This document shows positions 11,361 to 22,898 of a stretch of DNA of 37,778 nt, piece by piece. Both the position numbers and the translations under genes were made by a program. This DNA is from Octopus bimaculoides (Eukaryota): the NCBI RefSeq assembly GCF_001194135.2, contig NC_068984.1, positions 74,100,270 through 74,138,047 on the forward strand. Direction: 5' to 3'. The notes beneath the pieces were generated by a model. That model was not told the DNA's origin. It ran no database searches and saw nothing but the letters and a program-made list of their open reading frames with translations. How positions within the stretch are numbered: the first letter of the stretch is position 1; every line of letters begins with the position of its first letter.

Positions 11361-11568
11361 ATAATCTTTTCTATTAAAAGAACGATCCTGAAATTTTGGG
11401 AGAGAGGACTAGTTGATTACATCGAACCCAGTGTTTCATTGGTACTTAATTTATCGACCCCGAAAGGATGAAAGGCAAGGTTGACCTCGGAATTCAAAAC
11501 GTAAGGACGGGCGAAATACTGTTAAGTATTTCGTCCAGCGTACTAATGACTCTGCTAACTCACCACTT
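11361..11568 (-). mobile_element. SINE family A
   Basis: ttaatttatcgaccccgaaaggatgaaaggcaaggttgacctcgg is the reverse complement of the family core. Confidence 0.9.
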
Positions 11569-12513
11569 TAAAATAAATAGCTAAAGATAATGAAAAATAA
11601 TAATAATAAAAATGAACACGAGGTGGACAAAATTGGAAGCATGTTAGAATACTCAGCCAATCAAAGCTGATGTTTACAATTGTGATTGAAACTAACCTAA
11701 AACAAGTTTTCTACACGCTCATTATCATAAACCTGGCAAACACTCCCCGTTTCATAAAACTAATAAGAGAACTAGCTACATAATCCAATACTGCAATGCC
11801 ACACCCTCAAGTATTAAGCATATTACTGGTAACGTTAACAGATGCACCTCAGGCCTGGTTTCAGATAAAATTATATATAACTATGCATCATATAATGATA
11901 TGCTAGACCGATTGTGCTTCAAGGACAAAATACACACATAATTCCCAACTCCACAGGAACAAAAACAGACAAATGTAGGAACATTACGTGCAAAAGTGTC
12001 TCGTACAGGACTAAAATGTCACATCAAAGATGTTCATGTTTAAGAGGACAATTAAGAGATGACATTACTCGAATTCGAGTTACAACCATCATGTATGTAT
12101 GTATGTATGTATTTGTGTATGTATGTATGTATGTAGGCAATGGCAATACTCGAACACGAGTTGACAGCCATCATGTATATATGTATGTCTTCATTGATAC
12201 ATATATTACATCGTTCACAATATACATATAATATCATAGATCTAAATTCGATGAAATTCAATGAAATGTTTCTAAATCTAGCAGGCACTTTGATATGTTT
12301 TGCATGAAAATTTGCGAAATGTCTGTCTATATAAGAGATGCTAACTATTTTTGTGATCGATGTATCGAGTTTTTTAAAGTACAAAACACCCCCACTCCCA
12401 CATTCGAACAAATATGTGTAATAGTATAAGTAGAAATAAAAAAAGTAGCAATTTTGGGTGGGGGTGCGGTAATTTTTGATAGAGAGAAAAACACCAACTG
12501 AGATTCAGGTTCG

Positions 12514-13171
12514 GGATCTTGTTCAAAACGGGGGCACCAGTTTTCATTTATGTTTTATGTAGTGTTTTTGGTACCGAAAGACTTTCAAACTTCGTATACT
12601 TATCTATTTTGTGTTATAAAACAGAAAAAAAATTTTGTATTCGAATTGTAAAAAATTGTCTTATTTCGATAATTTCTACTAATCACTGACGTCTATTCAG
12701 TTGAAAACAGTTAGCGCTGTAACGGTGTATATCGTATTAATNNNNNNNNNNNNNNNNNNNNNNNNNNNNNNNNNNNNNNNNNNNNNNNNNNNNNNNNNNN
12801 NNNNNNNNNNNNNNNNNNNNNNNNNNCTAGAATCCGAACTCTAAAATTGTTACACACATAGATACGCACAGCGTAATTTATTATATAAACAATATATGCG
12901 TATAAATTACGATTAAATCGGATGAAATATGTCACAGGGAATAACATTTTTATGACCGGGAAGCAGTAACTCTATTCAGCTGAATAGACGTCAGTGATTG
13001 GTTAAAATTACAGAAATACGACAACTTTAACATGGAATAACTTGCGATGTACGTTTTTTGGTTAAGAAGACTAAGAGTAAAAGATGTTTTATATGACACA
13101 TTCTACCAGTGTCCCAAGTTTCAAAGTGTTTCGTTAAGAAAATACTGGTGCCCCCGTTTTGAACAAGATCC
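12514..13171. mobile_element. Non-autonomous Merlin-like DNA transposon
   Basis: Perfect 28-bp TIRs GGATCTTGTTCAAAACGGGGGCACCAGT (12514-12541, 13144-13171) and perfect 8-bp TSD CAGGTTCG (12506-12513, 13172-13179). A 5'-GG TIR with an 8-bp TSD is the Merlin signature. Contains an 85-N gap. Confidence 0.8.
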
Positions 13172-13488
13172 CAGGTTCGAGTGTGAGTGACATTTCATAA
13201 CATCCGTTGTTATTACTTTGACGTATTAACCAAAATATTATGTTAATTTAGATCTGCTGTGTTTCGGTTTTTCACAAATCAGTATCACAACGACTCATTG
13301 AAGGTGACACAATCCCAATCCGTTCTGTTGTCACAGCAAACATTGATGTTTTTGTTCGTCTAATCCATATTAGATCAGGCACTTCTATGAAAATAGCACT
13401 GACGAGCATTGGAGCAGTGGCATTAATGATGTATAAATTTCCATCGCAAATTGTAGCCTCTCGTACTTTCTTGTTATTAAATTAAGTA

Positions 13489-13520
13489 CTAGCGCAACCC
13501 GTGGCAGCTCCGCGGTATAA
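13489..13520 (-). mobile_element. Helitron 3' terminus
   Basis: On -: ccgcgg-agctg-ccacgg hairpin, then gttgcg, then CTAG|T. Confidence 0.6.
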
Positions 13521-14067
13521 GTCAGCATATCATTGAATATCTACTTTCCCGTCTGCCGATGTATGTATCACTCTCTCATAATACAGATTAGTATTTAAAC
13601 CGAATATAGAAAAAAATATATAGTGGCGGTATCCCAGCATGGCCGCAGCCTTCGGTTGGAACTTCAAAAAAATAAAAATGCTACATTCATAGTTCTTTGC
13701 TAATTAAGGTTATTTCGTTTTAACCTGACTATATTTCTTATTGCATAAATTTAAAGATTTTCACGATATTGTTTCATTTTGTTAAACATTTCGATTGTGC
13801 TTGCGATTAGAACACTCAAATGTAGAATAATATAGATATTCTCTCTCTTTCTTTCTTTCTTTCTTTCTCTCTTTCTTTCTTTCTCTCCCTCTCTCTCTCT
13901 CCTCTCTCTTTCATGTTTTCCCATTCTATGTTTTGGCTGACTTCATTGTTTCCATTTCGTTTCTCTCTTCATCTCCCTCTTACACCTTTCACTCTTACCT
14001 TCCTTGGCGTAAGCGTAACACAGGGACAAGATTAAACAAGCTGCAGGAACGCAGTGGATAATATAAC

Positions 14068-14190
14068 TATAGTGGTTAGGGTGTTGTACTCACAATCATC
14101 ATATCGAGGTTTCGATTCCCAAGCAGTTGTGCTCTTGAGCAAAACGCCTAATTTCACATTGCACCACTCAGCTGTAAACGGGTAACTTAA
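14068..14190 (+). mobile_element. SINE family B, 5' part
   Basis: agtggttagggtg..ggtttcgattccc..ttgtgctcttgagcaaaac..ccactcagctgtaaac. Confidence 0.7.
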
Positions 14191-14244
14191 CGATAGAAAA
14201 TGTTGGCCCACCCGCCTGGTCAGCCGGATAGAAATAGTCTAGAG

Positions 14245-14567
14245 TAGGGATTCTCTACCATTGAAATTTCTTTTTATCTATAGATTCTTTTGATTACTAT
14301 CTTATTCTGGTGGGTCCCCATAGACATTCCATGTTTAAAAATTAGTTTTATAAATATTTCTTTCAAACTTCCTATTTTGTTTTCCACACATTAACTTGTG
14401 TAAGATGTTAGAGACAGAAACCTGCTTTTTGCAATATACACCAATACATAGAGCTGAAATAAAATTTTTCAAGGGCACTTAAAATACTATTGTAGGTCCC
14501 TAATTCACTATTTCGTTGTATGGGCAACACCCAAATCTTATATGGACCCCGATTAAGAGCTTCCTTG
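14245..14567 (-). mobile_element. hAT (Charlie-like) MITE, inverted relative to the 35026 copy
   Basis: Aligns along its length to the reverse complement of 35026-35378 (ttgattactatcttattctggtgggtcc; ttcctattttgttttccacac). Preceded by the Charlie-type target GTCTAGAG (14237-14244). Confidence 0.75.
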
Positions 14568-14772
14568 CAACGGTGTATGAGAACATCGGATAATATGATC
14601 GAGACGTGTATGTATATATACTCACACATACTCACACACAAATACACACACACACATACACACACACACACTCTCTGTCTGTCTGTCTGTCTCTGTCTCT
14701 GTCTCTGTCTCTCTCTCTCGTTATATATATATATATATATACATACATACATACATACATACATACATACAT

Positions 14773-15050
14773 AGGCGGGCGCATGGCCTGGTGGTTAGGG
14801 TGCTAGACGCGAGATCGTGGTTTCAATTCCTAGACCGTGTCGTGCGTTGTGATCTTGAGCAAAACATTTCCTCTCACGTTACTCAGCGATCACTTTGACA
14901 CCTGACGCATGGCACACAGTGCACCTGTTCAAGCAATGTTGATTTGACGGAGAGAGTGGGCTCATGTACGGCACGAACAGTCGATCACTATCAACAAATC
15001 ATTTGTGCAGGTCATTCGGCAAAATCTGAACTCTCATATGTCGTTTTCGA
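14773..15050 (+). mobile_element. SINE family B variant (alternative 3' half)
   Basis: gcatggcctggtggttagggtg head; gcgatcactttgacacctgacgcatggcacacag shared with 32013-32300. Confidence 0.8.
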
Positions 15051-15067
15051 CAGCAGAGTCTGTTATA

Positions 15068-15098
<31 letters not shown>

Positions 15099-15834
15099 NN
15101 NNNNNNNNNNNNNNNNNNNNNNNNNNNNNNNNNNNNNNNNNNNNNNNNNNNNNNNNNNNNNNNNNNNNNNNNNNNNNNNNNNNNNNNNNNNNNNNNNNNN
15201 NNNNNNNNNNNNNNNNNNNNNNNNNNNNNNNNNNNNNNNNNNNNNNNNNNNNNNNNNNNNNNNNNNNNNNNNNNNNNNNNNNNNNNNNNNNNNNNNNNNN
15301 NNNNNNNNNNNNNNNNNNNNNNNNNNNNNNNNNNNNNNNNNNNNNNNNNNNNNNNNNNNNNNNNNNNNNNNNNNNNNNNNNNNNNNNNNNNNNNNNNNNN
15401 NNNNNNNNNNNNNNNNNNNNNNNNNNNNNNNNNNNNNNNNNNNNNNNNNNNNNNNNNNNNNNNNNNNNNNNNNNNNNNNNNNNNNNNNNNNNNNNNNNNN
15501 NNNNNNNNNNNNNNNNNNNNNNNNNNNNNNNNNNNNNNNNNNNNNNNNNNNNNNNNNNNNNNNNNNNNNNNNNNNNNNNNNNNNNNNNNNNNNNNNNNNN
15601 NNNNNNNNNNNNNNNNNNNNNNNNNNNNNNNNNNNNNNNNNNNNNNNNNNNNNNNNNNNNNNNNNNNNNNNNNNNNNNNNNNNNNNNNNNNNNNNNNNNN
15701 NNNNNNNNNNNNNNNNNNNNNNNNNNNNNNNNNNNNNNNNNNNNNNNNNNNNNTGTGTGTGTGTGTGTGTGTGTGTTTGTGCGTGCGTGTGTGTGAGTTT
15801 CTATTTTGATGTTGTGTATTATACCATTTCATAT

Positions 15835-16570
15835 ATTAGGTTATCTCATATTTTTCAAAATTAAGATAAAGTTCTTTTTTAATCTAAAATATACTCTCTT
15901 TAATTTTCTACAATGCTCTTCCATCTATCTGGTAGACTTGCAAGGCCCTTCTTCCAAAATTCACTTGTCCATGACGGAAAATACTGCTCCAGTATTGTTC
16001 TGACCTCGTCTACCGAATTCATATTTCTTCCATCCAAATGATTTTGCGGACTGCGGAATAAGATGGTAGGGGCATCGTTTCCCATTCAAACTGCTCCAGC
16101 CTTTGGAATGTCATCCTCGCTGTATGTAGCCGACCATTATCCTGACGGAAGAACACCTTTCGTCTGGAAACCAAAGATGGTCGTTTTTCTTCTAGCGCTG
16201 ACTTGAATGACTGGCTCAATGACCAAATCCAAGCTTCTCTGCTAATTCCTCAACAGTTACGATGGGATTTTGTTTCACTAGGATTTGCAGGACGTCCTCG
16301 TCGAGCGCTACAGATCATCCAGGACGAGGATCGTCTTCTAAGTTGTAGTTTCCGGCTCGTTATTTCTGGAACCACTGTTGACACTGGCTTACGCTTATTT
16401 CCGATCCCCATATACTGCATTAATATTCCTCGCACTTTCCGTTACGATTTTTGCATTCATAGTACTCATAAAGCAAAATATGCTGAATATGCTCCCTTGT
16501 CACTTCTATTGTAGCTTTGAAAAAATAACTATTAAAATCGAACTGCACTCTTCAAAATTGCACTAAGACC
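15835..16570 (-). pseudogene. Internally deleted mariner (DD34D-type) transposase relic
   Basis: N-terminus IEVTREHIQHILLYE..ARNINAVYG; catalytic region EKRPSLVSRRKVFFRQDNGRLH (HQDNARPH-like) and MPLPSYS; C-terminus YFPSWTSEFWKKGLASLPDRWKSIVEN. The first Asp motif is missing. Confidence 0.9.
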
Positions 16571-16699
16571 AAGTATAAGGTAAAATTACTACCTACTTTT
16601 ATACATTTTGATTCAACAATGTTAGCTCGTGCTTCACTTCGTCGACTAGCTTCAGCACATGAGACAGCAGTAATTGCATGATATTACCTAGTATAGAGA

Positions 16700-16925
16700 A
16701 CGCGGGTCTTCATTGGCCACCGTTTCGAACGAATCCAGATTACTGGCACTCCGTCGGTTACAATGACGAGGGTTGCTGTAGATCTGATCAACGGAAAAGC
16801 CTGCTCGTAAAATTAACGTGCAAGTAGCTAAACACTCCACAGACACGCATATCTTTAATGTAGTTCTCAGTGAGATTCAGCGTGACACAGAATGTGACAA
16901 GGATGTGCCTTTGACATACAGATAC
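16700..16925 (-). mobile_element. SINE family B, 3' half
   Basis: ggcactccgtcggttacaatgacgaggg..gatcaacgg..cctgctcgt..aattaacgtgcaagt matches 11020-11200. Confidence 0.85.
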
Positions 16926-17465
16926 TACGAATCGAGATACAAACCAGACGACACGATGTAAAGTTATTTTAGATTTGCTAGTATCTTTCTGAAGATAAAA
17001 ATGTACCCGGAGAATTCAGCGGTGTGATATAAATACTTTCCAACCGATCTTATGGACGGTATAATATCACAAAATGTTAGATGAATATTTAATAATGAGT
17101 TAGGATGTTCAAGTGCTGCGATATCAAATCATAAAAAGGTAATCACATCAAGCAACTACGCATGAACATATTTACCTTGCTGAATTTTTAATGGATGGCT
17201 TTTGTGATACGTGTGTATGAATGTGTGCGTGTATGTGTTTGTGTGCCTGCGTGTGCGTGCGTGCGCGCGCGCGTAAACATGCACATATATATAAATACAC
17301 ACACATATATGTGCGTGTGAGTAAGCATATATATATATATAAACAGACACCACACATATGTGCGTGTGTGTAGATATACACATATATACGCAGTATTCAT
17401 ATATGCAAACAGATCATACATACGCCCACATGATACAGATACACATATATATGTATATACATATG

Positions 17466-17498
<33 letters not shown>

Positions 17499-17527
17499 AT
17501 ATGTATATATGTATATATATACATATA

Positions 17528-17571
<44 letters not shown>

Positions 17572-17911
17572 TTTATGCATGTATATATATGTCTGTGGTT
17601 GTGAAGGGAGGGTACATTAATTATTACATCTTTTGTGAAGACATATTTATTTATAATAAAAGTAATGTTAACAAATTCACTCGTGGGAATCGAACCACAT
17701 ACAATAAGTATAGATATTAATCTGATCTAACTAAGAGGCATTCATCCACCACATCATTCATTGTCTGCTTCATTGGTTACTCCTCAATTACTGAGCCCAA
17801 TATCGAGTCAGCTGGCTTCTATAAACAACTTGCGTGGCCAAATATCCCTACTTAATTCGATGTCTTCGAAGAAAATGAGTCAAGTGAATACTAATAGGTG
17901 TTTTGAATTAT

Positions 17912-18075
17912 AGATGTAGAAGTGGCCGTGTGGTAAGAAGCTTGCTCCCCAACGACATGGTTTCGGGTTCAGCCTCACTGCATGGCACCTTAGGCAAGTG
18001 TCTTCTACTGCAGCCTCGGGCCGACAAAAGTCTTGTGAGTAGATTTGGGAGACGGAAACTGAAAGAACACTTTTA
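17912..18075 (+). mobile_element. SINE family C, 5' part
   Basis: agtggccgtgtggtaag (A-box-like), tcgggttcagcc (B-box-like), ggcaagtgtcttctac..ttgtgagtagatttgg..acggaaactgaaag. Confidence 0.85.
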
Positions 18076-18085
18076 TAAATATATA

Positions 18086-18327
18086 CTAGCAGAGCAACCC
18101 GGCGTTGCCCGGGAATGAAATTGTTGCTTATATACTGGAAGGAAAAAAAGCAAAATATACTGTATAGAAATCTGAGGACATTCTGTAGATGGACTCTCAG
18201 ATGAATGATGACTGGGCACCTCTAATGAATTGGAAAATTGAAGATGCGCCAAAAAGCCTCATTGGTACTTGGAAACTTTTACGAAAATTAAAATGTGGAT
18301 TAAATGAAAAAATGATTTACGTGAATA
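18086..18327 (-). mobile_element. Helitron 3' end (remainder lost in gap)
   Basis: On -: cccgggcaacgccggg hairpin (18098-18113), a short spacer, then CTAG|T (18086-18089); inserted in the AT tail of the SINE. Confidence 0.85.
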
Positions 18328-19015
18328 NNNNNNNNNNNNNNNNNNNNNNNNNNNNNNNNNNNNNNNNNNNNNNNNNNNNNNNNNNNNNNNNNNNNNNNNN
18401 NNNNNNNNNNNNNNNNNNNNNNNNNNNNNNNNNNNNNNNNNNNNNNNNNNNNNNNNNNNNNNNNNNNNNNNNNNNNNNNNNNNNNNNNNNNNNNNNNNNN
18501 NNNNNNNNNNNNNNNNNNNNNNNNNNNNNNNNNNNNNNNNNNNNNNNNNNNNNNNNNNNNNNNNNNNNNNNNNNNNNNNNNNNNNNNNNNNNNNNNNNNN
18601 NNNNNNNNNNNNNNNNNNNNNNNNNNNNNNNNNNNNNNNNNNNNNNNNNNNNNNNNNNNNNNNNNNNNNNNNNNNNNNNNNNNNNNNNNNNNNNNNNNNN
18701 NNNNNNNNNNNNNNNNNNNNNNNNNNNNNNNNNNNNNNNNNNNNNNNNNNNNNNNNNNNNNNNNNNNNNNNNNNNNNNNNNNNNNNNNNNNNNNNNNNNN
18801 NNNNNNNNNNNNNNNNNNNNNNNNNNNNNNNNNNNNNNNNNNNNNNNNNNNNNNNNNNNNNNNNNNNNNNNNNNNNNNNNNNNNNNNNNNNNNNNNNNNN
18901 NNNNNNNNNNNNNNNNNNNNNNATACGTACATACATAAATAGTCATACATTTCTTGTACGTATGTGTGAGTGTGTGTGAGAGAGAGAGAGAGTCACTGAA
19001 ACATCTCTCTGTCTC

Positions 19016-19062
<47 letters not shown>

Positions 19063-19189
19063 CAGATATACACACAGAAAAGATATATGCATATGTATTT
19101 ATGTATGTACGTAGACATCACAACACACCCCTTCATTCACACACATACAGAAACACACATGTGCGTGTGTGACTCACTACGAATACATA

Positions 19190-19530
19190 GAGCTGAACAC
19201 GGCGTGCCAAAATAAAAAAAATAAGAAAATAATTATTTACGGAAATTTACGAAGTGTGCGAGTTCAGAACGAAATCAAACCTGGAATGTGTGAATGAGAG
19301 AGAGAGAGAGAGAGAACATTGCAAAGAATGAATGAGATGAACATGGAACGCCCCACAATCGTATAAATAAAAGCACGTTAAAAATTATCTTGTACGGAAT
19401 ATTTAAATTTATGAACTTCGTAAATATGTGTTTCAGTAATTGATCGTAGTTGTTTACAAAAAAGCGAACATTAAAAGTAGAGAGTGAGAGACGTCGCCGT
19501 TTTTTCACGTCCGTACCGGAAGTTGACATT
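19190..19530 (-). promoter_or_regulatory. Candidate promoter / first exon (CpG-rich, ETS motif)
   Basis: Non-repetitive segment with six CpGs in gacgtcgccgttttttcacgtccgtaccgg and a perfect ETS site ACCGGAAGT at 19515-19523. Strand and function are inferred only. Confidence 0.3.
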
Positions 19531-19754
19531 GAGAAACCTTTTTAAAGAAGTGAATCTTAAATATAAAGCAATATTATTTATTTTTAATTAGAGATAAAAA
19601 AAAATCAAATGAAGAGCCTAACATTTATCCGAGGTCAAATTATTCATGTATCACAAGTATGGAAGTAAATGGTGAAGCCGTTTTCACGTGATAAGCGATT
19701 ACACACACATCTCTGTTTTATATATAGTATAGATATATATGTGTGTGTGTGAGT

Positions 19755-19870
19755 GCGTTGTTTTAACTGTGTTTGCTCCTCGCTCCAACGTTTGAAAACC
19801 AGTGTTGCTGTGTTTATGTCCCTGTAAATTAACAGTTCGGTAAAATATACCGATACAATAAAAATCAAAG
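19755..19870 (+). mobile_element. SINE family C internal fragment
   Basis: gtgtttatgtccctgtaaattaacagttcggtaaaatataccgatacaataa resembles the family C 3' region. Confidence 0.55.
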
Positions 19871-20130
19871 AAAAAAAACAGTACTTGGGTCGTTTTTTTG
19901 ACATAATTATATATATATATCAATATATACACCAGATATATGGTATATATGTATATATATACCATACAATATTAAGCATTATTTCTTTTGAAAGCATTAA
20001 GACCAAGAAATGATCACTCATAAAATATCACTCATAACAAGACAATAACGTATCTTTTTATTTCTTGATCAAGTTCTACTGTCCACAAAAGTGAGAGAGC
20101 ATCTGCAGTAATAACTAACTGCACATATAA

Positions 20131-21268
20131 GGTGGTGAGCTAGCAAAATCGTTAGCACCGAACTTGCTGGCCTTGTGCTAAAATTTGAAATCGTCACTAT
20201 TATTATTAAGGCAGTAAGCTGGCACAATAATTAGCATGCCGGGAAAAATGCGTATTTTGTCTGTCTTTGCGTTCTGAGTTCAAATTTCGCCGAGGTCGAC
20301 TTTGCCTTTCATCCTTTCGGGGTTGAAAAATGAAGTACCATTTTCGTACTGGTGTCGATCTAAAGGACAGGTCCCCTCCTCCAAAATTTCGGGCCTTGTG
20401 CCTAGAGTAGTAAAGAATATTAAAGTCGGTGGGCTGGCAGAAACGTTAGCACGCCGGGCGAAATGCTTAGCGGTATTTCGTCTGTCTTCACGTTCTGAGT
20501 TCAAATTTCGCTGAGGTCGACTTTGCCTTTCATCCTTTCGGGGTTGAAAAATGAAGTACTAGTTTCGTACTGGGGTCGATCTAATCGACAGCCCCCCCCC
20601 CGTCCACAAATATTTCGGGCCTTGTGCCTAGAGTAGAAAAGAATTGTTAGCACACCGAGCAAAATACTTGGCGGCATTTCGTTTGTCCTTCCGTTTGAGT
20701 TGAAATTCTGCCGAGGTCTATTTGCTTTTCATCGTGCCAGGGTCGATAAAACAAATAGCAGTTGAATAATGGTGTCAATGTAAGCGACTATCCCCCTTCC
20801 CCTAACCTGCTTCTCTTGTGCCAAAATTTGGAATCACCGTTATTATTGTTAAGGTGGTAAGCTGGCAGAATCATTAGCACGCCGGGCAAAATACGTAACG
20901 GTATTTCCTCCGACTCTCTGTTCTGAGTTCAAATACCACTGATGTCAACTTTGTCTTTCATCCATTCGGGGTCGATAAAATAAATACCAGTTGAATACTG
21001 CAGTCAATATAATTGATCACTCCCTTCCCCAAAGTTTAAGGCCTTGTGCCTTTAGTAGAAAAGATTATTATTATTATTATGAAAGCGGTACGCTCAATCG
21101 TCAGTTCGTCCGTCCTTTTATTCTAAGTTCAAACTCAGCCGCAGAAGACTTAGCCGTTCATTTTTTGGGTCGATAAAATAAATATCAATTCAGTACTGGT
21201 GTTAATGTAAACGACTAGCCCCTTCCCCTGAATTTGCTGGCCTTGTGCCAAGATTTGAAGCTGATATT
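20131..21268 (+). mobile_element. Head-to-tail array of about six SINE family A copies
   Basis: Units start near 20131, 20209, 20424, 20645, 20851 and 21082, mostly separated by short (ATT)n tails. Confidence 0.9.
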
Positions 21269-21534
21269 TAAATGTGTATTTAACCGCTATCACATTGTCA
21301 CATGTTTCATATAAATACAGGGTGGCTTCGTATAACGGTTACGCTATTGAACTTAAATTACCACAAGTGCTTTTATTGCTTTGTTTAGGTGATCTAAGAC
21401 GTTCACTTGCAATGTTCGTCAACACGATAACACATAAATTGTATTTATACCAATTGTGGTTGCCGACAGGAAACAGCAGTAAATACTTATTACGTCATCC
21501 CTTGCATTGAGTAGCACAAATCAATATTTGAAAG

Positions 21535-21576
<42 letters not shown>

Positions 21577-21714
21577 CACATACACACACATATACATCTG
21601 TATTTATGAATATATATAAATGTATGTGCATGTATTTACTCATTGAAAAACATTAGTACTGCTTATATAAGTACACACACAAAAGCATACACACACATAC
21701 ACCATATCTATCTA

Positions 21715-21781
<67 letters not shown>

Positions 21782-22600
21782 NNNNNNNNNNNNNNNNNNN
21801 NNNNNNNNNNNNNNNNNNNNNNNNNNNNNNNNNNNNNNNNNNNNNNNNNNNNNNNNNNNNNNNNNNNNNNNNNNNNNNNNNNNNNNNNNNNNNNNNNNNN
21901 NNNNNNNNNNNNNNNNNNNNNNNNNNNNNNNNNNNNNNNNNNNNNNNNNNNNNNNNNNNNNNNNNNNNNNATATATATATATATAAATATGAATGACTGG
22001 AAATACGTTGAACGACACTCTATATTTAAAATTCACTACAATTGTTTCCGCACATTTTTACGTACGTAGAACTACGGGTACTAAATCATGTTGAAATAAT
22101 TCTACTGATTTTAAATAGAGAATGTCATTCAGTTCATTTTCTGTTATACGTCTATTTAAATATAGTCTGCTGATACTGTGGAATTCCTGATGTATATCCA
22201 GTAGCGAGATCATTTCCATTGTATAATGATATCAGATAGCCAACAACTGTGGACTAGCTTTGCATAACCTACTACAAGGTTTTTACTCGAAACATACACA
22301 CCCCCACCGCACTCTCACAAACAAACTAACAAACAAAATAAACAAAATTATACATAATATTGTGTGTGCGGGGGTGGGGGTCATAGTTAAGAATCAGAGC
22401 TGTGTCCTCAGCAAGCATTTCCGCGAATACCAGCTATCAATTTTATGTACATAGATGTTTTATCATTGGCAAGAAAATGGGTTGAAATTACTGGCCAAGC
22501 ATAATGATTTTATAGTATCGTTTTTAATTAAAAATAAAGACATAAAATCCAGTCTTTCTTTCAATACAAACATACATACTTCCGTACATACATACATACA

Positions 22601-22636
<36 letters not shown>

Positions 22637-22853
22637 TATATATACATACATGCATACGTACATATATACAAACATGCACACACACAAAAACATGAAGTCA
22701 ACGCTTTTCTGCTCCTAACGATACGCTGTGTTCAACAAAGCAATAAGAAAAGATACGGTCTGAGCAAAAGTAGTAGTCTGAGCAAGGTTGTCACTTTGAA
22801 CTAATATATTTCGAACGGGAATTTGGCAGCGCCACTTCTAGCCGAACAATTAT

Positions 22854-22898
22854 TCTGTGCTGATGAAGGGAAATAACCCGGAAATCGCGATACACAGA
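22854..22898 (+). ncRNA. Type I hammerhead ribozyme motif at the apex of a long hairpin (22805-22948)
   Basis: Stem I TCTGTG (22854-59)/CACAGA (22893-98); core CTGATGA (22860-66); stem II GGG-AAATAA-CCC closed by an A/G opposition; GAAA (22881-84); stem III A-T-CGCG-A-T (palindrome ATCGCGAT); cleavage triplet AUA, predicted cut after 22892. Confidence 0.75.

Noticed and set aside
13240-13485. Frames open on both strands for about 70-80 codons
   Set aside because: No recognisable motif or complete splice-site pair; insufficient to call a CDS.
19275-19529. 84-aa ORF starting MSTSGTDVKKRRRLS (NLS-like)
   Set aside because: The remainder is AT-biased and ends in a (CT)n repeat, with no recognisable family; more plausibly non-coding.
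21316-21508. Possible Tc1/mariner MITE starting TACAGGGTGG
   Set aside because: The right-hand TIR match is too weak to support.
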